Below, one piece after another: positions 30,101-42,199 of a DNA stretch of 64,000 bases; within the stretch, counting starts at the first letter, position 1; each line of letters starts with the position of its first letter. The DNA comes from Botryllus schlosseri. Lineage: Eukaryota. Position numbers and translations under genes: made by a program. The stretch is from the NCBI GenBank assembly GCA_051294905.1, contig CM119385.1, positions 14,322,001-14,386,000 on the forward strand, read 5' to 3'. The notes beneath the pieces are model-generated. The model was not told the origin of the DNA and made no database searches. It saw only the letters and a list, made by a program, of their open reading frames with translations.

Positions 30101-33100
30101 TTGCCTGCCCGGGCCGTGGAGGGGGTGGTGGGGAATATGCAATTGATCAATGTATAAATCAATTGTTGACTCAGTCATTGAATCTAGGCCGGTAGTGGTG
30201 ACTTTCATTTGAATAATCAACTTCGGTTTGAGACGAGTTTATAGGCTACACCAAATTTTGTGTGTACACACTGTACACAGTCGTGATGACTAGTGTATTA
30301 CAATGTGCTATAGCTCGGAATTGGGTGCTTCATCTGGCTACAATTTTCCAATTACCATTGCCTTTTCGCAATGTTTTCTTTGTAGAACTAATTCGTGCTT
30401 TTTATAATGAACTCGACTTGGGCACTCTGTTCACGATTCAATCGACATTTCCTTGTTTAACTTGTCCGTTCCTATCCTTGCGTTTATGCCCGCAGAGCTT
30501 TTTGGAAACAAACGTCAAGCCGCTGTGGCCGAAACACTGGATGCAAACAAGGACCCTGTTCAAGGAGAGTAGGTCTGCTCATGAACGGGTTACAAATGCA
30601 TGGTAGGTTGGATTGATGTTACATGAGAAATTCGAATGTCTCTAAGCTGATGTGTATTCTTGTTTGTTTCAGCTCAAAGCAAAAAAAAGGTGAGTCGATA
30701 TTCCGCTGATTTGTTTTGGAACAAATACTTTAATACGCCATGCTTGTGTTGTTGTTTATTTGCTTTCCTTCATTGTATAAACTAGTAGTTCCCAAACTTC
30801 CTTTTCGCCTTTCCCGCGCTAGAATGAGTCGAGCATTGAGTCGCTTTTCTATCAATGAAACTGACTGAACATTCTAACATTTTTGCCCCACAAGCAACCC
30901 CTTCGTTATTCCCCTCCCCTTGTCTAACAAAATCTTTCCCAGGGAGACGATATTGCCCCACTAGGGAACCACTGGTATTGACAGTCGGTCATTCTTTCTA
31001 TGTGGCTGCAGGCATGAAAAGGTATTGCAATGCTGAGAGTGCATAGCGTGTAACAACCAATCACGATAGAACAATATTAAAATTGTCCAACCTATTGTTC
31101 TCTTTGTGGTGAATTCCAGGCTGATGATTATTGAATATTAATATTCTTCATTTTCCCCACACCATTAGTATTGTTATAATTTGCCATACTATGGGGCAGA
31201 GCTATTTGCTTTGTTCCTAAAAATAATTTGCCTGAATCTTATCGTGTTCTACTCCATCAAATTGAAAACACTCCAAGACGAGATAGATATCAAAGCTGCC
31301 AGGGGTCGGTACAAAATCACGTCGCATATTGTCTTTATAGGATGACAGGTATATCAGTAGGAAAATGTGATAATTCAGATTCTGACGGAGAGAACGAGCG
31401 AACGTGTGAAATGAAGAAGCTTCAGGGGTCCAGTGCAGAATTAACCGAGTCAGGAGGCAGCTGTAACTCTGAAAGAAAGGCTAGAAAATCTGAAATGAGA
31501 CTCATGCCGTCCAAGCCGTGGAACAGTTTAGAGAAATGCCGGACAAGTTCCGGTCAGGATTGTGCCAGACGTAAGGACGTCGGTTCAAAACATGTCAGGC
31601 GAGATCTGTCCATATCTGACGAGTTTAGTAAGCCGACGGCTAGCAAGCAGGGTATTGCTTCGGGCAAGGACAGCGGTGCGGATGGTTTTAAAAAGGGTAG
31701 CGCAGATTACAGCCAACGATCGGATAGCAGGCAGTCACCACCACTTATTCCGCGCAGAGTATGGAAGAAGCGTATGTTTAAGAAGAAACGGCGTGTTACG
31801 GACAAGCCAGGGAGCGTGCAAGCACACAAAATCAGTCGGTCCAACCTATTCACGAGTTCCGTTCATATTAAATAGTTAAAGATGGACTCTATTGCCACGC
31901 TCGTCCTATGGTTTCCTGATGTTTAAGCGTATGCGGCACAATGAAAAATAACAGTTGACCATGTGACTTCACAACCGCAAGACCAACTTTTGCCCCAATT
32001 CCAACTTTAACACACATGTTAAAGTGTCGTATGCTCGTGCTATTATGTCACATGCTTATATGTCCAGTGTCCACCGACCCCTACAGAGTTTTTTCGAATT
32101 AATTTCTCGGCACAGCTGCTTTACTCGATAGTAGATAGAAGAGTTTATCTTATGGATATATATTAGAGATAATCTATGTCGTATGAACTATGAAGTATCT
32201 TTGTTTTACTGTTATGTTGTGCTTTCGCCATGTTCTTAAAATATCTGTAACACTCTTACTATATTGATATGATATTGTGCACTGGGTAGTAATTGACAGA
32301 TATCAATGATTTGAAGTTGTACCGTGGCGTTCACTTCAGAACGTACATAACCAAAGCACTCTTGTATATATCTTGGCAGCCGTTCATTCTTAGTATATCG
32401 TTTGTGTCATTTCTCGTACGGTATTAGTTTTAGTAGCTGCTTCTATTAATTAATTGTTTTGCTTGTATAAATTGATATTTCCTCATTTGCCGACCAATGA
32501 TATTGTTGTAGCCACCGGCGGTAAAAAAGTACAACAGACAACCAAAGACGCTAAAAGCGACGGCGATAGCCTGCAAAAACCCGACGCCAAAAACAGCGTG
32601 TCGCTATCCATCAATCTCGCCGACGCGCCCACCAAGAAGAGACTGTCATTTGATACGATTTCCGACCCGAAATTAAAGGCCAGAGCACCCCCTGACCATC
32701 CCAAACGGGATGTGGTCGACCTCACGACTGGCGTGGAGATCGTGGCTTCCATCGAAGGCGACGACTTCGAACAGCACAGCAGGCCGAAGCCGTCTCCGCG
32801 CAAAGAAGCCACGATACACAAAGAGGAGCCTACGAGCTGGAAGCTTATTCAGGACAATGCCGCCGCATCAAAGGGTCCGGTCTCGCAGTCTCCTGTGGCT
32901 CGCGGGTCTCCAACTAAAAATCGAGAATCTGTAACCGGTGCTAAATCGCAACAGCCCTCATTGAGCGGAATTCCAATGCCTTCAATGGATCTTGTACAAG
33001 ATTATGCGTCCGATTTTGTTAAAATGATGATGGGACATCTCCCCGGCAATGGTGCCAACCCTTTGAACCCTTATTTGACCAGTGGCGGGGTGCCAAACTT

Positions 33101-34958
33101 TGACGCTTTGTCTCACTTGCTGGATCGCAAGTCCGATTTGGCGAGCTCTCAAAAACCGAGGGCCGGCGACGGAAAGTTTCAGTTTAAGATTGCTTCAAAC
33201 TCGTCAAAAGACGACAGAACCTCCAAAGCTTTTTCCAACTCTAAAGACACATCACCTAAAAACCAAACGCCCACATATTACAAGGCCCCGGCTTGGCCTA
33301 CGCAAAAGAATCCGACTGTGACTGACGTGTTGAACATTCAAAAATATTCCACTGCCCCTCATTTGGCGGGGAGACAATCAAAATCATTCCATGCCACTCC
33401 TGCCATGCAGGTCTCGACTGGGACGACACTTGGTGCTGCCCCAGATGTGCCTAAACCGCCCGGTCCAAGAAAGCAAAGGCCAGCATCGTCGTCGAAATCC
33501 AACTTCATCCCACAGAGTCACTTTGAGAACGAGCAGCGAAAACTCAACCGCGCGTCACCCAAAAACAAATCCCCCGCTCTGTGCCCGTCGCGGTTGCAGC
33601 TGTCCCAGCCGGCGTTTCACCCGAATTCTTCCGCGCCATCGCCTGGCCGCGTGATCAGCCACCCGCACCCCGTCTCGCCAATCGTTTTGCCGCAGTTTAC
33701 ATCATCCGGCATGGCGTACTCGCAAGGGTTCGATCCCCGGATGGCTCCTTTTGTGGCGTCGACGTACAATCCCCCGGCGAGCCCCGGGCATAATTTTCCG
33801 GCCGCTTCGCTTCAACAAGCTATGAACTATCATGGGATTCATGCTTTCCCGCAGGTAGCTAAGCACTTGTGTTGTTCAGTCTGGCATTCGATGAGGGTGC
33901 TAGCCGTATTTTTTTATGCAGGTCAAGTTGGTTGATGTGAAGGCTCGGGACTTTCATCAGCGTGCGAACGACAACTCTCATGGTGAGTTGGTATATTTTC
34001 GCTCTGCAATAGGTTGCTTTCATTTGTTCGTCTGTGATGTGAAAGTGTAAGAAATAGAAAATCGCGAGAATAGTCAATCTTGTTACTTTTTCAGATCACG
34101 CAAGTAACTTTTTCCTGGTTAAACTCAAATGGTAGAGTTTTTACAATACTTCCGCTAGTACTTGAACAGTTTATTTTTCGGCAAACCGGCTCAAGTTTTA
34201 ATGTATTTAGAATAGTATAAAGTAGTTTCAGAATAAGTTTGCATTTCTTTTATATGTGCAATCGGGATAAGAACGGCTTGAAATAGCCGCTGCTCAATTT
34301 TATGTTCTTTTACCTATCTGTAGCATCATTAGTTTCAAGAGTAGCCCACTGCTGATTAACTGCAAAAATAGGCCGTCGACCCAATCTACTTTTCGACACT
34401 ACTAATTTTCTGACCTTCATCTTCTACTTGAGTATCGTTGATATATTTACAGAATTCATTAATGCTAGTGGCTATGCAGCAATGACGAAGATGAGGACAA
34501 AACGCATGCATACAAACAAACACATCGATTAATACATGAATGCATGCTTGCAGTGAATGCGGTACAAATATACACTATACAGTATACAACCTTTAGCATT
34601 GATGAGAAATGGAATCACCTTGCTATTCGAATGGATTGTATAATTCGGAGCTGAATATCCAAGTGAAGAGAGCTCCCTGAATACTGACATTTTCCATTAC
34701 ATTACTGTTGTGTCAAAATTCAACCCCTTCTCTTGACCTGAATTAGTCGCAATCAAATACTGTATGGAACTATAGCTATATATTCCGGCTTGGTGCTGAA
34801 TAACAATGGTAGCGCTAAATCCTAACTAATTCATTCGATGAAATGAAGTTTTAGTGATTACAGCCATGTCATGTTCACGTCCTCATTTTGCGGAAATTGA
34901 AGTGATGTTGGTGCATTTATTGTTGCTGTCATTTTTTGCAGGCAATCAAGGTCGATGA
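21183..34958 (+). CDS. UBN: Ubinuclein (HIRA/HUCA histone H3.3 chaperone subunit; yemanuclein/Hpc2 family), ~1050 aa
   Basis: Phase-consistent exons 21183-21329, 22208-22432, 23413-23515, 24310-24443, 24927-25012, 25114-25196, 25263-25345, 25752-25848, 25952-26070, 27151-27351, 28410-28510, 28692-28829, 29202-29292, 30496-30602, 30673-30689, 32512-33854; tentative 33922-33982, 34095-34103, 34942-34958. Motifs: [20 protein letters not shown]; [22 protein letters not shown]|YDEIVP...[10 protein letters not shown]; [17 protein letters not shown]...[39 protein letters not shown]. The last three exons are less certain. Confidence 0.92.
29412..30064. mobile_element. Degenerate hAT-Charlie-like element in a UBN intron
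   Basis: Left ctggggtcaccgacacgcggcccgcg; right gcagcccgtggcc...gttgacgatccccg; flanks only partly match (ccttactg / ccttcagc). Confidence 0.5.
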
Positions 34959-35835
34959 ATGCTATTGCTGCTGCGGTTGCAGGATTGCACAACTCGTAAA
35001 ATTCCGTTTTCTGATAGTAAAAATTTAATAATATACTTTGACTCGTGTCAAGTTTCTTCTATTTTTGATTTAGGCTTTGTTTGATCGGCCAGAATCTAAC
35101 TGCGACCGCCCAATGAAATGATCATTCCAAAGTGGTTGGCGTCAGCAGCGTTTTCTCAGGAAGGGCAGAGGTAGTCTATTGAGCTTGCCAACCAGGCATG
35201 GGGTCATCGTGATTCGTAATCGACTACGGTGATTACACCATGTTCAAGTGGTCGCACTCGATTTCTTAGTAGAAGAACGATTAATCAACATTGGTACAAA
35301 CTGGACATTCGTGAAGCCGTGCCCGTCATTTCATAACGCAGTTTGTTCTTGAACTTGATATACCGCGTCCCAAATCTGGGTTTTAGTGGCATCTCGCGAC
35401 CCAAGCCTCACACATCAAAAAGCATGTATTTTTAATATTATTTATATGCTACGTTTTTACGGGCATGTCGGACATAAAGAACACCAGACAACAATTGCAC
35501 GTAACGCAGCTCTATGAAACATGTCTGACGCACGCGATTTCAAATTCGGGTGCATTATATTCCTCTAGGCGTCGCATTCGTACTACTGTCTACTCAGATT
35601 GTAAGGATGGGACTATTTGGTGTCGACCATTTCGTACGTTTTGGTCAACCAGCGACGGTCTATTTGGGCCAAGCTTTAACCGCGGTCGATCTCTTTGGCT
35701 CTGCACTTTGCACAGCCGTAGGTTGGCCAAAACTTGATGAGGGAGAGAGAGAGAGATGTATTCTTTGTCGCCTGCATCATCGAGATGCTTTGGCGACGGA
35801 GATGCGAGGCGACCGTAAGGTCGCATAGTCTGCAC

Positions 35836-35950
35836 CCCGTTTTTTTCTCCATGCTGCGGATACCAATTTTCGAGTCTCAGGTATGACCCGCCGGGATCGA
35901 ACCCACGACCTACCGATCAAGCTGCCGGGCGCATCACCATTACAATATCT
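35836..35950 (-). mobile_element. tRNA-derived SINE head (degenerate)
   Basis: Minus strand reads ...tgtaatggtgatgcgc...ggtcgtgggttcgatcccggcgggtcatacctgagactcgaaaattggta. B-box GGTTCGATCCC is clear, the A-box is eroded and no tRNA cloverleaf could be built. Confidence 0.6.
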
Positions 35951-36730
35951 CGCTCGGTGTCTTCGTGTGTCGCGGCGCTGTATGTCTGGTAGCGCGGGAC
36001 TGGTTGACAAATTCCGTAGTCCGGCTCCGGCCGTAGAATAAGAAGTATGAATCCGGCTCCACCCAAAAGTCCGACGCTACCAATGTCCACATCTGTCTGG
36101 CTAAATCCTGCACACTACTCCCGAGCGTTTCGGTCGTATCAGAAACAGTAGCAATCCTGCTTCGGTCCTATTCTGGCATCATCAGCTCTGATGTCAGTTG
36201 ATCAACGCACACCACTACCTCGTAGCCGGAATAAACTAATCATGAGCTGCGGTAAGTTTTAGGGATGGTGTGAACGTGAGGTTCACGTTCGCGTTCTGTG
36301 TGTGAACCTCAGAATTTTAGAGGTTCACGTTCACAAACGAACCTTGTTAGGTTCTGCACTGTGAACCTTTTTCATATATTACAATTTTCACTTCATTATA
36401 ACATATTTGGTAGAAATTTATTGCATTTCAACTGCGGACCACTCTGTGCATCAGTGCATGGCGCTGGCAGCATAAAAAAATCTACGCTAAACGAGCATGC
36501 ACCTCGACAATCTCAAAAATTTTACTTGCTTTGTGAGAAAAGTTTGCTCAAAATATCTAGATTTACGTTTGTGATTATTTAGTGACTCTCTGCTGTGAGC
36601 CTGACCCGCCATCACACAACATCAAGAGCGAAATACACTACATATATGTGTACCGTACCATTACTTTTCATTCAGTGTGCATGCCTCTTATTTACTTCGC
36701 CTAGGCTAAGGTGGGTGTCTGATCTTAATG

Positions 36731-36850
36731 GCTACTCCAAGTTGTTTCGACACCCTCCTATCTTTTCATTGTATCGCAGTCTTGTGATGTTTTGAAACGA
36801 TGAAAATATTAATAAACCTGACTGACTGACTGACTGACTGACTGACTGAC
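36731..36850 (+). mobile_element. SINE/LINE 3' tail (stem-loop + aataaa + (CTGA)n), copy 1
   Basis: ~90 bp nearly identical to 43562-43652; ttttcattgt...acgatgaaaa stem followed by ~8 CTGA units. Confidence 0.7.
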
Positions 36851-37287
36851 CGTAGTCACCGAATGATGCTATTTCAACCAATCAATGATATTGATATCGT
36901 TGTCTGATGTAGAAAATCTAGCAGGCGTACGGGGTCAATCTTGATTACATATGTTTATTGTATCATAAAACCAAATCCGTGCGATTGGGGTGTTGGCTAC
37001 TGCTGAGTAACTTGGTAATGGGGTAATATCGGTAGCAAGTATAGAAACCCGTTTCACACTCTGCTCAATATCAACGTTGCAATACTCAAAAGCCGATAAC
37101 ATTGTCCGTCTGGCCTAGGCCGTTAACGGCGTAAGCGTATATTCCCTTGCAAGTCCTCGTCGAAATTGTTGACAAAGGTACGGAGGATATTGATTTTATG
37201 GGATTATTGTATCATTTGATTTCGCCAGTTGATACATTTGGCGACGTTTAATACGCCAATATGGACTTCATCATTGTGACATTATGT

Positions 37288-37350
37288 TAGGGTTACCATA
37301 TTTTAAGATCGGGAAAGGAGGAAACAAAAGGAGGACATATGGTAACCCTA
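37288..37350. mobile_element. 63-bp mini hAT element nested in 36260-37538
   Basis: TIRs tagggttaccatat / atatggtaacccta; perfect TSD cattatgt (37280-37287 / 37351-37358). Confidence 0.9.
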
Positions 37351-39058
37351 CATTATGTAGCCCCAGTCGTCGCTAGGTATCGTGTACATTATTATAGGCT
37401 ATCACTCCACTGAAATGCAGGGTTAGAATAAGCAATATGACGTCACGTGACGTCATGAGTTTCGCGTTCACACAGAACCTTTCGAAAACGTTCGCGTTCA
37501 CACGAACCTGAACCTTTCAGAGGTTCACACCATCCCCAGTAAGTTTTCTTTCAATGTTGCACATTTATGTTTTAATCCGCGCAAAAGATTGTATATTTGA
37601 AACCGGTCCGCAGAGACAGAAAGTTGCCAAACCCTGCTATATATAGCCTATACCTAATTCAGCCAAAGGTTCAGTTACGAACTCAAAATCTTTGCCATAA
37701 TCTACATTCGCCCACAAAATCGAACGGCAACCTAAACTTGAAATCAAATCTCTCTCAATGTCCTAATAGTAATTCACGCGCCTGATCGAATAGGCGTGGT
37801 TATGCGATGGAGTTTGGTATATGGGCAATTGGGCATGTCGATATGCTCTTTAGACACTGGCTGATGGACGTCACATTCATTGTGGCGTAATCAAGACAAA
37901 TTACGCACAATGCTCCAAGTCAAAAATGGATAGCAAGATAGAGCAGAGAGAGAGAGCACCTTTGGCGTCTCATGGGTACGCCACTGCGTGAGCATTTCGC
38001 AGAAGCTCCTCCGACAGTCACTGCGCACTACGACTGTTGAAAAATAACTTTTTCCCGGATTCCGGGGATTCATCACTGGTTAAATTGTTAGGTAGCCTAA
38101 AAAACGCTGCACACCAAATTTGGCTCGATTCCAACTGCAGATGTGAATGCACGAGTTTGAATATTTTTAATTTAGGTCTAGTGCAGTAGCGACCAAAATG
38201 TGTGCTCTTTCGCGACTAATACTATAGCAGTGGCCGCTAACCTATGGCTCTTTACCAAAGATTTATTTTTGTACTGAAATTGATCAATATGAATACCTAA
38301 GCCTACTTGTCAGTAAATTTTATCAGTAGTATAAACATGTGTTTGAGAGGTAAAGGCAATGCCGTCTTCAGGTTTAGGGGCTCGGACCCCTTCTTTAAAT
38401 TCCTCAAATTTAAGTTACTGACGCGCCGGTGATCAATATTACTCGCGAATTCGATGGACCCGACTCGACATCTTGGATTGCGCGATACGTTGATTGATCA
38501 AAGAGAATGTAGCAGACATGGCGACAGCAATATGACAACGCAGTTTTCAAATACACGTTGTATTCCTGATCTACGGCGGGAAATGAATTGCCATGGACGT
38601 GACATTCACGATTACAAATTCGAATTACAAACAACGCCATATCGATCCACGTTCTTGATTGGTAAGTAGCTTTGTAGTACCGGCGATAAAATGTAGGCGA
38701 GTACCGCTGAATACTTTGCGAATGGAGAAGTCAATCAGTACTTAGATTTTCGGAATCAGCGCGACAGTTTCATTTGATTAATAGCAGTTAGAATAAATTC
38801 GAAGCTATTTACGATGAATTGCGAAATATCAATGATGAGGCTTGGCCCGTCTATGCCTTACCTTTCGTTTCACGATTATTTTCGAACAAAAATATCCAAA
38901 TTGTGTGAATTCGGGAGAAAAATGTTCAAAATCTAGTCATGCATTAACATCAATAGAAAATAATAATAGTTATTGAAGGTTTCACAATTTTTGTTCACTC
39001 ATCCTGACGACAGCTGACCCACTGCCTCACTTGCCTCCCCTGGCCCCACGTTACTGAT

Positions 39059-40689
39059 GTATCACAGCTTAGAGTCGGTTAGTCTGCATACTGCTGTAGC
39101 GACCATGTTTGGCTCCACCTACGCATGTGATCATGGATTCTCGCATTCACCACGAACCTACGTTCTCGTAACTCAATTTCGCATGCTAAAATCAGGCAAC
39201 CAGCATGATTAGTACGAGTTTTTACAGAGAAAATATGGCGCACGCATTGGGTAGCCAGGGGGGCGAAAGGGGCGATCCCCCCCCCCCATCATTTTTGAAA
39301 AGTTTTCGTAAAATCAATAGATATTACAGTATTTTGGAGCAGATGAACGCAACCTAAAAATTTTCTTCTCGCTTCGCGCGATTTAGTGTTCTTAGATGTC
39401 ATTATATTTTATAATCGGTATGCCGAAATTTTTTTCCGCAAATACCCATTATTGAATTTAGCTGCATTCTCAATTATGAGAATACAACAGTACACTAGAG
39501 TAGTCCGAGGTCGTTGGGTTGATTGAGTCGGGGTGTCAGTTTAGTTTGGGGGTTGGGGACTGTTAGTTCCGGAAATTTCCGTTCCGGGACACACGAAAAC
39601 ATATAAAGTAGGCTACAAGCGACTCATCCGCAAAGTGCGCTCCCAAAATGATTGACGGCCATAAAACCGACGCGTGTTTTATGAAGCCTTCGATATAGAT
39701 TTTCGGGAGCTTAAATGGCTGGCGCCTAATGCCATCAGACCCCTCCGACATAAATGCGACTGGCATAGGAAAATATCGCCACCTCCCGTTAAAAAGTGCT
39801 AATTTGAAATCGGAGGAGTCTGATCAAATGAGTTTCTTTTAATTTGGTCTGGTATGTCTCAGCGATTTCAATCTTTAAAGTAGCGTCAATCTTTACCAGA
39901 GGTTACTAAATAACCGTGCTTGAAGGAAGTAATTAATAAGAATGGACACTGGACACCACTTGCTCATATACATTATACACGCACCAATTTTATTGATCAA
40001 ATTTTCTTTCATTTATTCACAAAATTTCACGCTCCGCGTGACTAGGCCCGAAATTCACACTCATTGTTCATCAGTTAATGTCAGCGATTTGGGCTCGTCC
40101 GTGAAACGATCGCCTAATGCCCTAATACAATCCATAGTTGGGGATTTCATATTGGCCACTACATTTTTAATTATTTCAGTGTTGTGCCTATAAAAAACGA
40201 TTCGGGCGTGTCTTAGGTAGATTCGTTGTCTGCATGCGGAGAATTGGGGTATTTATATTTTATCTACACATAGTAGAAGCGTGTTTGAAGCTAACATGGT
40301 TATGATGCTGTCAGCATGTGTGTCCTGGAACTGAACCAAAAGTGGAATTAGTAAATCTATGAACAGATCGCTGCTCACAGATTTAAATTTCAATCCTGTT
40401 CTAAGAATCGGGCCAACCGACTTTCATCTCTATAGTTTTGACAAATTGGTTATTGAGATCCGCCAGCCTATGAAATCTCGCCACTATATGTTTCTGACGC
40501 GTGTACGATATCACCAAAGCAATGTTTGGCTTGTTTTAAATAAGCACATATATTATCTCCATGTCCTCACTATATAATCAAATATCAATATTGCGTTTTG
40601 GTTTATGATCCCAATTTTATATAGTGCGGCCCGCGAATGGATTCATATGTTGAATGCGGCCCGCGAGCTCAAAAGTTTGCCCACCCCTG
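39059..40689 (+). mobile_element. Decayed hAT (Charlie/SPIN-type) transposon 3' portion
   Basis: 39105-39143 translates to MFGSTYACDHGFS, matching the hAT dimerisation motif MFGSTYxCEQxFS. A Charlie-type right end gcggcccgcg...aagtttgcccacccctg ends at 40689, followed by ctctagaa. The left end was not found, and linkage of the motif to this end is inferred. Confidence 0.55.
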
Positions 40690-40706
40690 CTCTAGAAACT
40701 CTAAAG

Positions 40707-41428
40707 CAGGGCCGGCCAACCCGCGGCCCGCGGGCCACATGTGGCCCGCGAGAAGGTTTTGAGTGGCCCGCGAGGTAATTTCCGAAATTAGTAATATAAT
40801 ACAAAATGGATTGCACAGATTGTGAACTTGAAAAGCCAATCAAAAATTTGATTAGTCTTGCCGCAACACTTGAGATGTGATGACCAAAATATCAGTTCCG
40901 ACGCATTGGCAGATCCATGAGCCAGTCACATTTTGGTAGATCTTCGTACACTACAATATAGCAGAATAATTGAAATAGATTTATCAAAAGTCAAAATTTT
41001 CTTCACGTTTTGCACAACATGTTGTCACTCGATTTCTTGCTTTAAATATTGTTACCCCTTTGTGAAAATGAAAGAACGCCTAATGCATCAGATTTAGTCT
41101 GTTATATTCGCGATTACGAGACAAAGTGTCGTTCAACATATGCGACCTTGCGTTGGCGCTAGCAGAAAGACCGTCGACGATGAAACCTAGGCACAAAATG
41201 ATTGATGCATGTTGGTCGAAGCTTTCGATATCGATATGTTCAGGCGACGAATAGTCCAGTCCTTGCAAACTGCGCCCAGCGATATACAGCAGGCCCGCAA
41301 TATAGTCAAGTGCCAATATTATTGACCTATGAAGTTCGAAAAATTTTCGCGCTTCGCGCGGCTATTGGCCCGCGTAATGATTCGTAAATCGAATGTGGCC
41401 CTTTGGCCAAAAAGGTTGGCCAGCCCTG
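40707..41428. mobile_element. Non-autonomous hAT-Charlie element, 722 bp
   Basis: TIRs cagggccggccaac / gttggccagccctg; gcggcccgcg repeats; perfect TSD ctctaaag (40699-40706 / 41429-41436). Confidence 0.92.
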
Positions 41429-41792
41429 CTCTAAAGTGTGGTATGAACATATAGTTTAAGATGTATAATTAAGTGCCCCTGAATGTTCGATGACACCTCT
41501 TCAATCAGCCCTACCAGTATATCTGATAATGAAAACGTATTTGCAATATGCAAGTAACAATATCATGAACCAATTTCATTCGTTAACCACGAAAAATTTT
41601 CGCGCTTCGCGCGAAAGTGTTGAGATCCAAGTTTTCCACGATCATCATTTTATTACATCGATTCATGTCTGTGAGTAAAATATATACATAACAATCGCCT
41701 CAGATGTAGTGTTATTCATCCAATAAGGACCCAAAACTTTAAGGAGGGGGGCGGGCATTTACGTCATCGAATTTCTGGCTACGCCCTTGGGC

Positions 41793-42199
41793 TAGTACGG
41801 AGCATGGACCGGAGCCAGATTGGATATCCAGCCGGATTTTTTAAATTTTGGCTGGACCGGATCGGAGCCGGATCAGTACTTTTTCTGATACGGCCGGAGC
41901 CGGGTCAGTACTTTTTTGATAAGGCCAGAATCTTTATGGATAAACATGACGTTTGTAACTAAATAACTACCAACCAACAACACGCAAGTAACCGCCAAAG
42001 CCAGTGCGAAAAGAAACGAGCCATATTTTTGAATTCACGGAACCACCGCACCGTGTTGGGCCCGATTTCCGGCAGGAATTTTTTCATTTTTGGCCGGAGC
42101 CAGATCAGTACTTTTTCCTGATACGGCCGGAGCCAGACCAGAGAATTGGCAAACCGGATCGGAGCCGGACCAGAGATTTTGTCGATCCGCCCCGCACTA
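41793..42199. mobile_element. hAT MITE with ccggagccgg subterminal arrays, 407 bp
   Basis: Imperfect TIRs tagtacggagc / gccccgcacta; perfect TSD ccttgggc (41785-41792 / 42200-42207); internal repeats of ggagcc-gatcagtactttt. Confidence 0.88.

Larger units (their letters stand above)
36260..37538. mobile_element. Non-autonomous hAT element, 1279 bp, with two nested insertions
   Basis: TIRs tagggatggtgtgaac / gttcacaccatcccca; gaacc/ggttc subterminal repeats; perfect TSD gtaagttt (36252-36259 / 37539-37546). Confidence 0.92.

Noticed and set aside
35836-35950. Functional tRNA gene
   Set aside because: B-box is present but no acceptor stem or cloverleaf could be built, and SINE-like body sequence follows.
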